This document shows positions 39,817-52,951 of a stretch of 64,000 nt of DNA, one piece after another; positions within the stretch are counted from its first letter, which is position 1; each line of letters starts with the position of its first letter. A program made the position numbers and the translations under genes. Location: assembly GCF_036321535.1 (NCBI RefSeq), contig NC_087472.1:103170001-103234000 (forward strand). The letters run 5' to 3'. The notes under the pieces are model-generated. The model did not search any database, was not told the origin of the DNA, and saw only the letters and a program-made list of their open reading frames with translations. This DNA is from Camelus dromedarius (lineage: Eukaryota).

Positions 39817-42800
39817 GTAGCAAATACCCCTTTCCAGGATGGCTTCAGGGATCCAGATCTTGGACATGTGTTGTTTATTTGGTTTTTTTCCTCATTACTT
39901 ACTCTATGGATATTGGAGAAAACTGAAGATACTGAGATAGGCTAGACTGAAAATGTAAAGAGTAACTCACTAAAGATAGTCAAGTAATTAACAGAGTAGT
40001 GAGTACCCTCATTTACATCCCCCCTTTCCCCAATCCTTACTACACTATCTCTTATATCAAGCATGATCACCTCAAGTGACACAGAGCACAGTGTCTCCTC
40101 TGCGTATTTGGAAACCTCCAGGGGTGGCAGGGCTGAGGGGGGCAATGGGTTCTAGCGTGCAGACACCATGCAGCCCGGCGGGTGCTGACAGCCAGTCCAC
40201 TCTGATGTGTTGGTGCCCAGGCTGCCCTACTGGTTCTGTGTTTTGAATAACACACTTGCTCGTCTCCCTGCCCACCTCAAGTCAGGCAGAGACCGCTAGT
40301 AGAGAGAGGGGGTGTCTGTGAGGGAAGAGATTGGCACCTTCCTTTGTGATTGGGTGCTCTCCAACTGGCAGACCTTCTCAGGACAACTTGCAGCTTGCCA
40401 CCAGAGTAGCAGCACCTGGAGATCTAGACACTGTGATGGTCCACCCACCCCTGTGCCGTGGGTGGAACATAAGCTGGTTGCGTGAGGGTGAGTGAGGACA
40501 GGTTTGCAAACTGTCTGCACTGGGATGGATGCCTGGGGCCACATGGAGGCTCCGAGGGGAGCCAGATCTGATCAAGTCACTGTCTGCTGGGGCTGAGTAC
40601 CCAGTGCAGAAGGGAAGGCGTAGAGTGGGGCTGGGAGGGGTGAGATGAAAGAAGTTGGCCAGAGTGCATCGTGCGCGTCAGGGGAAGGTGTAGCTTGCAG
40701 GTCCCCAGACAGTCTTCCAAGGCCCCCCGAGTGCACTCTACACGGAGAATGTGAGGACTCCTGCCCCGGCAGGGACCATGAGTAGCCAGAGGGCACCACA
40801 AGGAGAAGGAACCTTGCTTTTTTCTTTTCTGTCTGATTCTCACCCTCTCCCGCCTCCCTTTCCCATACCTCAGTGAGCAGGAATGGGGTGGGTGGGGAGG
40901 AAAGGGGCGACATGCAGGAGGAGCTGAGCCCGGAGAGTAAAGGAACAGAGCGCACTGCTCAGGTCAGCACTGCTGGGGGAGAGAGCCTGGGTGTCAGACA
41001 CAGGAAGACAGTGTCATCGAGGTTTGGCTAAGACTGGCTTGACCTCTCTCACAGCCAGAAATGACATGAAGGCTCCATAAGCTGCTCTAGATGTTTTCAG
41101 GAAGCCAAGGAGAAGGAGCTGACCTGGCCCACGGCAGTGGTGTGCAAAACTGAAGCCTCTTCTTTGTTGTGATCTAATGGGGGCCTGTGGTGGGAGCTGT
41201 GGAGTTAAGTAACCTCTGTGGGAAGCCTGCTGTGGAGGCCACTACGTGGGCCCTGAGAGTCAAATGATGGAAAAATCCAGGTCCCACACAGCATGGGCCC
41301 ACACTCAGGAAGCTGGCCCTGGTGGACGTTATAGGAAGATGGACAAGGTGTGACAGAAAAAAAGATACTTCTTTTAAAATCATTACTTACAGATCTTGAC
41401 ATCAAGTCATTTTCTTACTATTTCCTGGATTTTCTGAAAAGTAGAATAGAGGACAGAAGGGAAAGTTTAAGTGATAGAAACTTCTGGTGACATTAGGTCA
41501 GGTTACTTGAAGTTTTCTTGGGACTTTGATCGAAGATGGCAACCACATGTTTTCAAGTTTTTACAATAAGCTTTAGGCCAGATTTTCAAAAATACTTTCA
41601 GAAAACTTTTTGAATGTTGAAAGTATCTCAAGAAAATATGATTAAGTTTAAACTTTAGTCTGTTTTCCCGGTAAACTGAGATTTTACCTGCCTAGTTTAC
41701 TCAAATATTGGCTTTTGGGGATAATTTATCATATTCAGCTGGGGGGATAGAAGTGTGACCCAGGCACAGTGTTGTGTTTCTGAGTTAAATGGTGGGGGGC
41801 ATGGAATGGGTTTCTTCCTCTAAATATGCAGGGATAAGTCTTGTGATCTGAGAAGGAACAACACGCTGTTGTATCCATGGTAAGGGGATTAACGGTCTTG
41901 TGCTTGTAAAAGAGCAGCCCGGCCCCTTTTTAGTCCTTTGATTTCCAGTAACAAGAGCCTGATTCTTCCCTCCCCTGGGAGGCAGTTGGCCCTGTCTGGC
42001 GCCAGGGATGGGAAACGGGAAACGGCCCGGGAGCCAGTTCTGAGAGAATTACCTTCAGACCAGGGTTCCCCACACTCGAGGAAAGGAGGTGGACATTTTT
42101 GCCTTTTTACCGATTTGCTGACAGCAATTTGTATGTGCATAAATATTGTTCCTTTGTAAAGTAGTCAGACAAAATTATTATTCAAGTGAATTCAAAGAAT
42201 TCCAACAGACCCATCTATATTTACAAATCTTGAAAATATAGGATTTCTCTTCAAGTCGTGCTAATGGCATTTCAGTTTATTTATTTCCATTGAGGCAAAA
42301 TTGACATACCACATCATATTAGTTTCAGGAGAACAACAAAATGATTTGCTATTGTTATATACTGTGAAATGATCACCACAGTACTTCTAGTTAACATCCT
42401 TCACCATACATTGTAACAGATTCTTTTTTCTTATGAAGGGAACTTTTAAAATTTAGGCATTTTAGTTTCTTTCTTACATCAAAACATTCTTTCAAAAGAC
42501 ATGGTTGGTTCAATAAGTGTTGGTGGCTGATAAATTTCCCATTTTGTGCAGATCTTAGTGGCTTTCATTGAGGTCACATTTGGAAGAAAGACCATGGAAG
42601 AAGTCATGCTAGTTGTGCATAATCTATAAATGGGAGGAATTTGCACCTTTTGGGCGCTAAGTAAATTAACTACTGAAATCTGTACAGTCCATCTTCGTGT
42701 AACTTCCTGTAGCACCAACTTTCCTTACATGTACACCTTTGCTTGGCTACCCCTAGCTACACTATATTCAGACGTCTTCTTATACTGGAGAGTTTTCTGT

Positions 42801-44452
42801 GTTGTTACGTTGTCTGAGTATTTCTGATTGGGAAACAAAGTTTTAGGGAAGTCGTCTCCCTCCTTTCCTGCCTCTCTTTTCTATTATTGCAGCGCTGGCC
42901 CAATTTACTTCGTCAGTTTGACTCTTTTGGAATAATGTAGAAACAGTGAGTAAAATCAATGGAGTTCATTACTCCATTTTGTTAATTCATTCATCCATCC
43001 ATTCTTCTCACAATCCCTTACTGAGGGCGCACAAGGGCCACACTTCAGGAACACAGGGGCTCACAGTGCAGGTCAGACTTGAGCCGTGCCCTGAAGCCCC
43101 AGGGCCCGGAGATTCTTGTGTTGCAGATGGACAGAGTGTTTGATAGTCTCCCAGGTGACGCTCAGCTGATAAAACTTAAAAGGCTGTTCTAAGCTTGAAG
43201 ACTGTGAAGTCCTACTCAAGGCAGGGATCAGAGCCCCTCCTGACAAAGACTGTGGACAAGCCACGTGAAACCCAGAAGCCCTTTGCCCTCCCCACTGTCC
43301 TGGGTCTATTCTCAGACGAGGCATGGAGGCCTGAGGGCAGATGCTGGCATCTCGGGAGTTTTTGCTTGCATTTGGGCTTCAATCTTCTGGTGAGCTCAGA
43401 GGCTGTGACCTTGATCTTCAGGGGTCTTAACGGCACTAAACTTCTAGACCTGGCACTTATGGGCAGGGCCATGGAATCTAAAAGCCCTTGCAGTAGGGCT
43501 CTTTTCCTACCCATCCCTGGCCATATTGGCTAATCATTGTTAGTTCTCAGTAAACATTTGTGAGTGAATGAAGCATGCTTAACATCTCGGCTCTGAAACC
43601 AGGAGCCTGTCTGTGGGGTACGGTGGACACAAGAAGACAGTGTCCTTCCACCCATTTCTCCCTCTTGTCGCAGCTTAGTCCCCTGGGTGGGTATTCTCCC
43701 GGTGACCGTGGCGGGAACGGCCATGGTAGGAGTAGCTCCCCACTGCCTGGGTTTTACCTCTTGTTGGACCTCGGTTTCTTACTCTTGTGGTAGCCAAGAC
43801 ATCGGTTCATTTCTCAAAGCATCATCCAAACAAGGAGAAAGCTGCAGCACCCAAGGGTGTCTCCATCTTCTTCTGCAGCCTTTGCCTTGCAGCTGTCTCC
43901 AGAAGCAGGGTGTGCTTGTCCCTGGCCCCTTCCTCACACCCTTGCTACTATAGGAAGTGGGCTTACCCGTTCCTAGTTCAACTGCCTACATCTGAACAAA
44001 ATGTAAACACATCTCTGTGATTACATTTCTACAGGTGATGTTTGTAGAGGACACGTTTACTCTTTTGTTTGCTTAAAATCTTAGACGTGACTCTTCTTGA
44101 CCGAGTCATCATGTAGGACGGATACTAGTATTCTTCTATTGAGGAAAACCCTGAGCAGCTAAGACTATGCACCTTTTTTGCTAACATGAATCTTGGAGAA
44201 ATGATGGAAATGGTGCTTCTTAAGACACCAGTAGAATGAGAGATACCCTGATAAATACTCAATACATCATAACATAACTAATTTTTTAAAATTTGACATA
44301 ATTATTAAGACCAGCATTATGCTGATGGATGCCAGTATCTTACAGTTTAATACAGCTTTCTTATCTTCAAAGTACATTTGTATTTGTGATATATTATCAA
44401 TGAAGCCAGTAAGAACTATTATTGACCCATTGCCTTTTTTTTAAATTGAAGT

Positions 44453-45400
44453 ACAGTCAGTTACAATGTGTCAGTTTCTGGTGTACAGCACAATGTCCCA
44501 GCCATGAGTATATATACATACATTCGTTTTCATATTTTTCCATTAAAGATTATTATGAGATATTGAATATAGCTCCCTGTGATATACGGAAGAAGTTTGT
44601 TTTTTTAATCTATTTTTATATATAAGGTTAACATTTGCAGATCTCAAACTCCCTAATTTATCCCTTCCTACCCCCTTTCCCCAGTAACCATAAGATTGTT
44701 TACTATGTCTGCAAGTCTGTTTTCCTGTTTTGTAGATGAGTTCACTAGTGTCCTTTTTTTTCCTTTCTTTAGATTCCACATATGAGTGATCTCATATGGT
44801 ATTTTTCTTTCTCTTTCTGGCTTACTTCACTTAGAATGATGATCTCTAGGACCATCCATGTTGCTGCAAATGGCATTTGATTCTTTTTATGGCTGAATAG
44901 TATTCCATTGTATAAATATACCACAACTTCTTTATCCAGTCATCTGTTGATGGACATTTAGGCTGTTTCCATGTCTTGACTATTGTATACAGTGCTGCTA
45001 TGAACATTGGGGTGCATGTGTCTTTTTGAATTAGAGTTTCTCCTGGGTATACGCCCAGGAATAGGATTGCTGGATCATATGGTAGATCTATTTTTAGTGT
45101 TTTGAGGAATCTCCATACTGTTTCCCATAATGGCTACACCAAACCACATTCCCACCAGCAGTGCAGGAGGGCTCCCTTTCTCCACACCCTCTCCAACATT
45201 TATCATTTGTGGACTTTTGAATGATGGTCGTTCTGACCGGTGTGAGGTGATACCTCATTGTAGTTTTGATTTGCATTTCTCTGATCATTAGCAATACTGA
45301 GCATTTTTTCATGTGCCTACCGGCCACTTGTATGTCTTTGTTGGATAATTGCTTGTTTAGGTCTTCTGCCTGTTTTTGGATTCGGTTGTTTGTTTTCTTA
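44453..45400 (-). mobile_element. Younger L1 3' fragment (ORF2 C-terminus plus 3' UTR)
   Basis: The ORF reads [26 protein letters not shown], the L1 ORF2 C-terminal region. Confidence 0.92.
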
Positions 45401-48111
45401 TAGAGCATTTTGTTATGTCCAGGAAACTTTAAAAATAACTGCTTTGCTCCTGTATTTCTGTGTATGTGTGTGTGTGTTCGTATAAATCTGAAATATATAT
45501 ATTATATACATATGCATTTACAAAAGAATTGCAGAGATAACACAGAGAGATTCTGTGTGCCAGCAGTCATCGACCTGCAGGGGTTTTGTCCTCCCACCAC
45601 TCCCGAGGATATGTGGAAATGTCGGGACGCATTTTGGTTTTCACAGTGGGATGTACTATTGGCATCTAGTGTGTGGAAGCTAGGGAGGCTGCTACACTTG
45701 CTACAGAAGAATAGAAAACCTCCCACAAGCCAGGGTTATCCAGCCTAAAATGGTAATCGTGATGAGGCTGCGAAACTCTGCTCTAGACCCATCACCTGCT
45801 TCCTAATGCCGTTCTGTTAAATAACCATGATCGATACATCGAAATTAAGAGGTTAACATTGGTTCAATACTATTAAACTATGGAACTTTTTGATCTCCTT
45901 TTTAAAAGACCTATGTCCTTTTTCTGTTCCAAAACCTACTCCATTTTAGTCTGATCCAGTCTGTGACAGTTTCTGCAACTTCCTTTGTTTTTGATGACCC
46001 TGCTCTGCCTGTTGTTCATGACCTTGACACTTTTGAAGACGTTTCTAGGTGTGCCTCACCTGTGTATGGTACTGACCTCATGCCCATAGCATGTGCAGGT
46101 AGCATATAGAAATGTAGTGTGTTGTGGGGTTATATCTCTGACTGAGGGTGCCGTGGCATTTACAGGGAGGCGATGAGAGATAATCACGTGATGCTAAGCT
46201 CAGGAGAGTCCCACGTAACAAGGACTTTCCTACTCATAATGCCAACAGTACCCCCATTGACACATTAAGCCCTTTCTAGTAACTCATGTAGAGTGAGATG
46301 CCTTGTCTCAAGTCTAGCAAGTGGTAGGTAGTAGACTTCAAAACAGAAGCTTGATTTTTAGAGTTTTAGTCTAGGGCTTGTTATATCCAACAGTAACTGT
46401 CTCTATTGAAATGTTGGGTTGAGTATGTTCAGCAACAATTTTAATACTTTGGAACTCTTTATTTCTAAGTGGGTAAAATATTTTCATTTTATTTGCCAAG
46501 GTGCCACGGTAAAGTGTGAGTTGCCACCCAATGGAAACAGAGTGAAGAACTTGAATTCGTAGTAAGGGACAGCGGAGCTCCATGGTGATGGGGAGAGGAA
46601 AGCATTTGGGGCCGCAGTGTGTTGATGGAGTTGTGTGCATCCGTCCTCCAGCTCTGTTTTCCTTCCTAGAGCATCTCCCCACCTGCCAGTGTGTGTATTT
46701 GTTTATTTAGGTATTGACCTTCTGTCTCCGCCCCCTCAGAAAGCATGCTCCAAGGGAGGGAGAAGGGACTTTGCTTTGTTTACAGCTTATTCTCTGAGTC
46801 TCTAAAGAGGGGTGCCATGAAATTCATGTTTGAACAGCATTTAGAGAGGCTTTCGATGGAAAGAACAATACAGGCAAAGCGTCCAGATGATCTCTTACCT
46901 GGTTTCTGGCTTCCTCTGTTATGCCAGCAGTGTCACTTTGTATTTGCCTAATTTCTATACATGCCTTGTGCTATCCGTAATATGCCCCTTCCCATCTTCT
47001 TCATTCAACAGTGTAGTTTTGAGATTTGCCCTTTTATAAAAGAGAAAGTGTAACTCTAGATCAGTAGTTTCCCCCCGGGGTGGTTTTTGTCCTTCAGAGG
47101 TTATTTGAAAACGGCTGGAGACTTTTTGATCATCGCTTCCCGGAGGTGGCCCTGATGCTGTCTAGTCAGTAGAGGCCGGGTTTGCTGCTCAACATCCCTC
47201 AGTGCTCAGGGCATCCCCGACGTAGAATTATCTGGCCCAAAGCTAATTGTAGAGAAACCCCGGGCTCTGTCTTTCCTTTAATCTGTGGATTAGTTTACCC
47301 TGGATAGCACACACCTCATTTACTTTATCCCTTCCCGTACTGGTGGACATTTGGTTTGTTCCAGTCCTCTGCTCTGACAAAGGGTGTTATCAAGAACATC
47401 CTCAGTAATCGGTGCGTGTGTTGTGTGTGTGTGTGTGTGTGTTTGTGTTAGTGTGTGTTTGTGACAGCCACACTCTGTTCTAGCAAACACTTCCAGATGC
47501 TGTTCCCAAAGAGCCGAGCCCATTAACACCCACGGCACAGCCTAGAAACCCAATTCTCTGCATCTTTACCAGCACTCGATACTATTTAACTTTTTACTTT
47601 TCGCCAAGCTGAAGAGGTAAAATGAGTAGCTCATTTTAAAAAATCTGTATTGTCTGGTTATTGATAAGGCCAAAAACATGAGTCGTTCACAGCCAACAGC
47701 TTTCTACGAAACGGGGGAAGTGTTTTTGCCAAGCACACACCACCTTGTTTTGTTCATCTGTCTTTGAAAACCGCACATTTTGGAAGACCAAGCTTGACTG
47801 TTTCTGCCAGTAGAGGGCACTGTCCTTCAGTGGTTCTGCACCCGTGTCATTCTGCACCTCCTCACCCCCCCCCCCCAATATCTGGCAATGACTGGAAATG
47901 TGTTTTATTGTCACCATGTGGGTGTCTCCTGGCACCCAGAGCATAGAAACCCGGGATTCTGCTAAAACCCTACAATGCAGAAGGCAGCACGTAACAAACA
48001 ATTACCTGGCCCCTGCTGTGCCAGGGTGGAGAAACCATGGTGTGGACCAAATCCTACTATTTGAACCTTTGAAAGAAAGACAATGACAATCTCTAGGCTA
48101 ATAAAACAATT

Positions 48112-48117
48112 TTTATT
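48112..48117 (-). terminator. Polyadenylation signal of the POM121-like gene
   Basis: AATAAA on the minus strand ~265 nt after the stop codon, followed by GT/T-rich downstream sequence. Confidence 0.6.
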
Positions 48118-48382
48118 ACTTAAACAAAGAACAACCTTTAAACTCTAAACTGGGCAGTAAGGGAGAGCATCCCTTCCCGAGAAGGGTGTTCTGGGGAGTA
48201 GGCAGGAGGGGCGGGTGGGCAGGAGGAGGCAAAGGGTTGGCTCTCAGCGGTGCTTCCTGAATGCGGGCTCTGCAGGGTGGGAGAGGTGGCTCTGGGCTTG
48301 GGGGTCCTGCCCAGGGGAGATGGGCGGGGGGGGGGGGTCCGAGGGGGCCGGGGGTAGTCAGGCCCGAGTCAGTGTCCTCCTC

Positions 48383-49033
48383 TCAGTCGCGGTTGCACTG
48401 GGAGCTGGAGCTTCTCAGAGGCCCAGTCTTGGGCACAAAGGACCGGACGACGCCATCTCTCCACACGGGCTGGAAGGCCGACAGCCTGCGCTCCGGGCTC
48501 TGACTGCTTCTCTTGGGGTCGGGGCTCTCAAACCAGAGCGGCCCGTCGAACTTCCTTTTCCCTTTCTTGCACTGGCTGAGGGCCCTCAGCACGGTCTCCT
48601 TGGCGCAGGGGTCGGGCTGCTCCTGGGCGGGGGGACAGCAGTAGATGCTCCCTCTGTGCTGAGGCGGGGCGATTTTGATGGTCACCAGGCTCCGGCTGCG
48701 GCGGGGGTTCCGGGCGGCCCACGGGTAACTCCTGCGACGGCCGAGAAGATCCAGCCCCACGGTGGTGCGGAGGGGCGGCCCGCTGGGAACGCGCCTCCAG
48801 GCCTCGGGCAGCAGGGCCCGGCGGGCCGCGTCGTGGTCGCGGCGGCGGGGCGGGGCGGCAGGGGGCGGGCTGTCGCTCAGGACCGGGCGGATGCACACGA
48901 TGGGGCAGTGATCGGGGCCCGGCAGGCGGCTGGTGCTGAGGGCGGGCCTGGGCCGCGGGGCCCGGCGCTCCCGGGCGGGGAGCGGCTGCGTGGCCTTGGC
49001 TGTGCCCAGGTAGCTGCTCAGGTAGCTGCCCAT
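48383..49033 (-). CDS. Intronless POM121-like protein (POM121L2/POM121L12 family), 216 aa
   Basis: Starts MGSYLS in a strong Kozak context (atcATGG). Family motifs EAWRR, VTIKIAPP, PDPCAKETVLRALSQCKKG, FDGPLWFE and SAFQPV..DGVVRSFVPKTGPL; uninterrupted ORF in a CpG island. A weaker upstream in-frame ATG lies at 49234. Confidence 0.85.
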   Translation of the reverse strand: MGSYLSSYLGTAKATQPLPARERRAPRPRPALSTSRLPGPDHCPIVCIRPVLSDSPPPAAPPRRRDHDAARRALLPEAWRRVPSGPPLRTTVGLDLLGRRRSYPWAARNPRRSRSLVTIKIAPPQHRGSIYCCPPAQEQPDPCAKETVLRALSQCKKGKRKFDGPLWFESPDPKRSSQSPERRLSAFQPVWRDGVVRSFVPKTGPLRSSSSQCNRD

Positions 49034-49284
49034 GATCGCGGGGCGGCGGCGGCGGCGGCGGCGGGGCCTTCGAGGGGCTTCGGCTTCCGCACGTCCTCGG
49101 AGTCGTAGACGCGAAGCGCACAGGGCGAGGGCGACGGTTGGCTTTGGCTGTAAGCCCCGCGCACAGGGCGTCGGCTCCTCGAGGCCGTCCGGGCACGGGG
49201 TCCTGCGCGCGCAGATGCAGCGCCCCGCGGACATCCGGGTCTCGCGGGCGCCCGTGCTGCCTGAGGCGGGGAACCTCCTGCTTC

Positions 49285-49355
49285 CCACTTCCGCCCCGCG
49301 CTTGGTCTGGGCCCAGGGGCCTAGGAGTGCCTTGACTTTGCATGTGACGTGAAAG
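49285..49355 (-). promoter_or_regulatory. Putative promoter of the POM121-like gene (GC box plus CRE-like site)
   Basis: ggggcggaag (minus strand) at ~49289-49298 and TGACGTGA at ~49345-49352, at the edge of the CpG island. Confidence 0.45.
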
Positions 49356-52300
49356 GGAGAAAATAGAATACTCTCTACCAGGTCTGAAAATTACAGAAAA
49401 TTCACAGATGGGCCCTCTCTTTCATGATTGTAAAAATGAGCATAATGCACTTGAATGCTCCTTTAAGGAAAGAGCAAATTTACTTGTATTGGTAAAGGGG
49501 ATGTGTGTTTTATTCTTCTAGAATGATTGCTAACGTCACTTACTGCAATTTTGCTCTTAAGGACATGGTGAAAGGCAGTCAGGATTTATGTTTTAGCCCC
49601 GACAACGTTCTTTCAATGTGGACTCTCCTAAAATTTCAGTCTTCATCCATTCACAGCTAGTGTTCTCTGTTGTATACTACTGCCATTTGTCTTCTTTCAG
49701 TTCTACTGGTAATACTGGAGTAGAGTGAGGCGCATTTTCCACTAATAGTTCAAAACATTTGACTTCAAAAACAAAATGTCCAAGGGCTATTTGGTAATTG
49801 ATTATAGTGCTTAGGTTTGGAGTTTGTTCACAGTGGTATGAATCAATCTCTCGTGAAAATCTCCCTCAGAAGCACATCCAGAAGACTCCTACTGAGCCAG
49901 CTGCAATGCTGGGATAAGCGACAGACAGAAAGTAGAATCCTGCAGCAAATCCAACAGTGGCCAACAGATTCAATCCACACCTGAGAGTTGGATGTCTGAA
50001 TGGTGAGGACACTAAATAGAGTTTAATGAGGAAGCACCAGAGGGTTTCTGAGGTTAGAGAGAGGCTAAATATTTTGGGACACTAAGGTGTGGTCAGCCTA
50101 GGCAGCATGGGGTAATGAGGTCCCTAACACTCTCTACTCAGTGATGAATTCCTTTTTTGTGGGGAAGGGGGGATGGACTGATTTCTTATTTAAGAATGAT
50201 TCCCAGGTAAATGATTTTGAAAAGAGAGAAATTTTCTCATGGTATAACTTTCTTTTAAAGACATTTTTCCATAACAGAAATGACTCTTCATACATGTCTA
50301 ATATACCTCTTAAGGTGGTAATGGCATCAGACTGGATGTTTTAAATGCTACTGGGTGTGGATTCTTCTAATGCATTTTTCTTTCCAATGTCTGCAGAATC
50401 TCCCACATCCTATCTGCAATATAACCCAATGGGTTTCATTCTGGTTTTTGTTTAAAAACCTCCAACAATCCAGTCTTCTGGCTGATAAGCTGCAGGCAGG
50501 TATAAGTCAGTCACCCCTATGCCTTTACTGGTAAATCAACTTGTTGATTAATTAGAAGCCATTTTCATTGACTTTGAAGACATCTGTTTTTTCTCACCCA
50601 GCAAAAGGTAAGGGATTTCACTGGTTAGTTGATATTGGAGATTAGCATGTATCAGTGGTGCTCAACCAGGGGTGAGTTTGCAATGGACATTAGAGAATGT
50701 CTGGAGACATTTTTGATTGTCAGTACTTGGGGCTACTACTGGCATCCAGTGGGTGGTGGCCAAGGATGGTGCTAAACATCCTATAATGCACGAGATAGCC
50801 TTCCAAGATGTAACTATTGGTATATTTATTGGGACCACATAAAATGTATGGAGAATAAACAATCCATGGAGAATAATAAGGGGAATGGACATTAAAGGTG
50901 TCTTTATGTTGTCTTCCTATTCAATAACACGGCATGAATTTTATTAGTTCGTGTTTTTTGTGTCCCTTAGGAATGTTTTAGCTTTTCTTGTTGACATTTT
51001 ATGTTAAGTTCATTGCAAAGTATTTTAGTTTTTTAGTTTCCATTGTAAGTAGGGTTCTTTCTTCCATTATATCTTCTAATTAAATGTGATTTTTATGTTG
51101 AAGGAATTGATTTCTATAAATTAATATGGTACTCCACTAATTATTTTTCTAATTTCTTATCTTTTTTGGTTTAACTTTATTGGCTACTATGAGAATTTAA
51201 TTCAATTTAATATTTAATATGCTAATAATAGTGGACTTAGTAGATATCCTCTCCACACTAGGCATACTATTTACTTTTGAGCTGAGATTAATCTACTTTA
51301 TCAAGTTAGAGAATTCTTTCATTTCTGTTTTATTTTTAAATGTTTAAAAAATAGATGGTGAATTTTGTCAAATGTGTTTTAGGAATATATGAAGATGAAA
51401 ATGTGAGTTTTCCCTTTAGATTTGCTAATGGGATAAAGTACATTAATCATATGATATCATTCCTGATATTGAATCATCCTTGCATTATTAGAAAAAAATC
51501 CTACTTAGACAAAGTATATATTTCTTCTGATATACTGCTGGATTTTCTGTTTCTAATATTTTATTTTTCTTCCTTTTCTTCTAAATATTCTTGAGAGATA
51601 TTAGCCTATTGTTTACTTCTGAGGGGGCAGGTCCAATCTTTGGTGGATTTTGGTCTCACTGTTGTCTTCATAAAAAAGAATTTGGAAACTTTTATTCTAG
51701 TGAAAAAATTTTAAGCAATAAAAACCCAATACATACAAGTGAAAGCAGTTATTATTGTAGTTTAGTTAGTTTATGAATTAAACAGGATTTTCTCTATTAA
51801 TGTGTTAACCACCAGTTAATCTTAGTTTCTAAAGGAAAAATAAATATGAAGTAAAAATTCCTGACTTAGAATACAATTTCTGAATAGATATTGTTGGGTT
51901 ATGTCTTTAGCCTGAGGTTTCATAGTAAAATTCCCTTAAGGAAATTATAGGGTTTTGAACACATTCATTTCCAGCCTGCATTTTTCCATTTAAAGAGTCT
52001 TAATTTTTATGGTGATTCTACACAATGCATATACAGTAAAATATATGTTATCATCAAGAATGAAAGTAAAAAGCTTATGTTCTTCTACTCGTCTCTGTGG
52101 TTAATCTGAAGTATCTCCAAATCCATGTTCAAACTGAGACAAGATGTTAGCACATTTTAATAAAAATGTATAAGCATTACAAGATGTTAAAAACTGATGC
52201 CAAAGTTTGAGCCCAGTCTTGTTTCTTTCTTTTCTTTCTTTCTCTCTTTCTCCCTTTCTTTTTCTTTCTTTCTCTCTCTCTTTCTTTCATTTTTTGAGCC

Positions 52301-52361
52301 CAGTCTTGTTTCAAAGGGGCAGACCAGAATTTCCTTACATAAAAATGTGGGAAGAATGTAC

Positions 52362-52514
52362 CCATTCATGATCAACCTCTACAGGTTGCTGCTTAATCAT
52401 TTTGACAGACTCAGGGAGTGGCAGGGTAGTCAGGCACCCTGAATAGGTCCAGTAATCCGGGCAGGCAGGCATCAGGCAGATGGAAGCAAACAACTCAAAT
52501 TCCACAAGGGCATC
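52362..52514 (-). pseudogene. CA5BP1: CA5B pseudogene exon 7 copy
   Basis: Reads DALVEFELFASICLMPACPDYWTYSGCLTTLPLPESVKMIKQQPVEVDHEW. YxGSLTTPP is degraded to YSGCLTTLP, one codon is lost, and the acceptor is damaged (ccaa|GAT). Confidence 0.9.
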
Positions 52515-52951
52515 TTGGCCAAGAGAAGGGTCCATCAAGCTATCCTTTAGTGGTGAAATCCACTCAGGAACTGGATGATGTGGTGATGATTCTAGGGGAG
52601 TCTGAGGAACTAACAGTGGTCCAGAGGAGCCACAGGTACCTCTGGGCACCTTAGGACAGAATCATGCTCATATTTTGCTCCTATAATTAACTGCATATCT
52701 CTCTTTTAAAAATTGAAATATAATTGACTTTTGAAAAAAATTGAGATGTAATTGACAACTTGTATTTTTTATATTCCTCAGTGGGAACATAGCAAAAACC
52801 ATTTTCTCCCTCCATTCTAGTGAGTTTACAGCAGGTGGTCTCCTCTGAACTCTTTGGGAGGCATTAGGCAGCAGCTGATGCATAAACAAGGAGGATTTTC
52901 TTTTTCAAGAGAGACTAATAGAATTTTCCTTTCTAAAGTGCAGTGCAAATT

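Larger units (their letters stand above)
45563..50810. mobile_element. Cluster of separate MER20 copies (~45563-45780, 47061-47262, 47828-48040, 50653-50810); span given, not one element
   Basis: Each copy carries the ggagacattttt..ttgtc / ggcatctagtg / gctaaacatcctacaatgca motifs. Confidence 0.7.

Noticed and set aside
48215..49352. Long overlapping ORFs (297 aa plus strand, 271 aa minus strand, others)
   Set aside because: Shadow frames caused by the very high GC content of the POM121-like CDS; no recognisable motifs.
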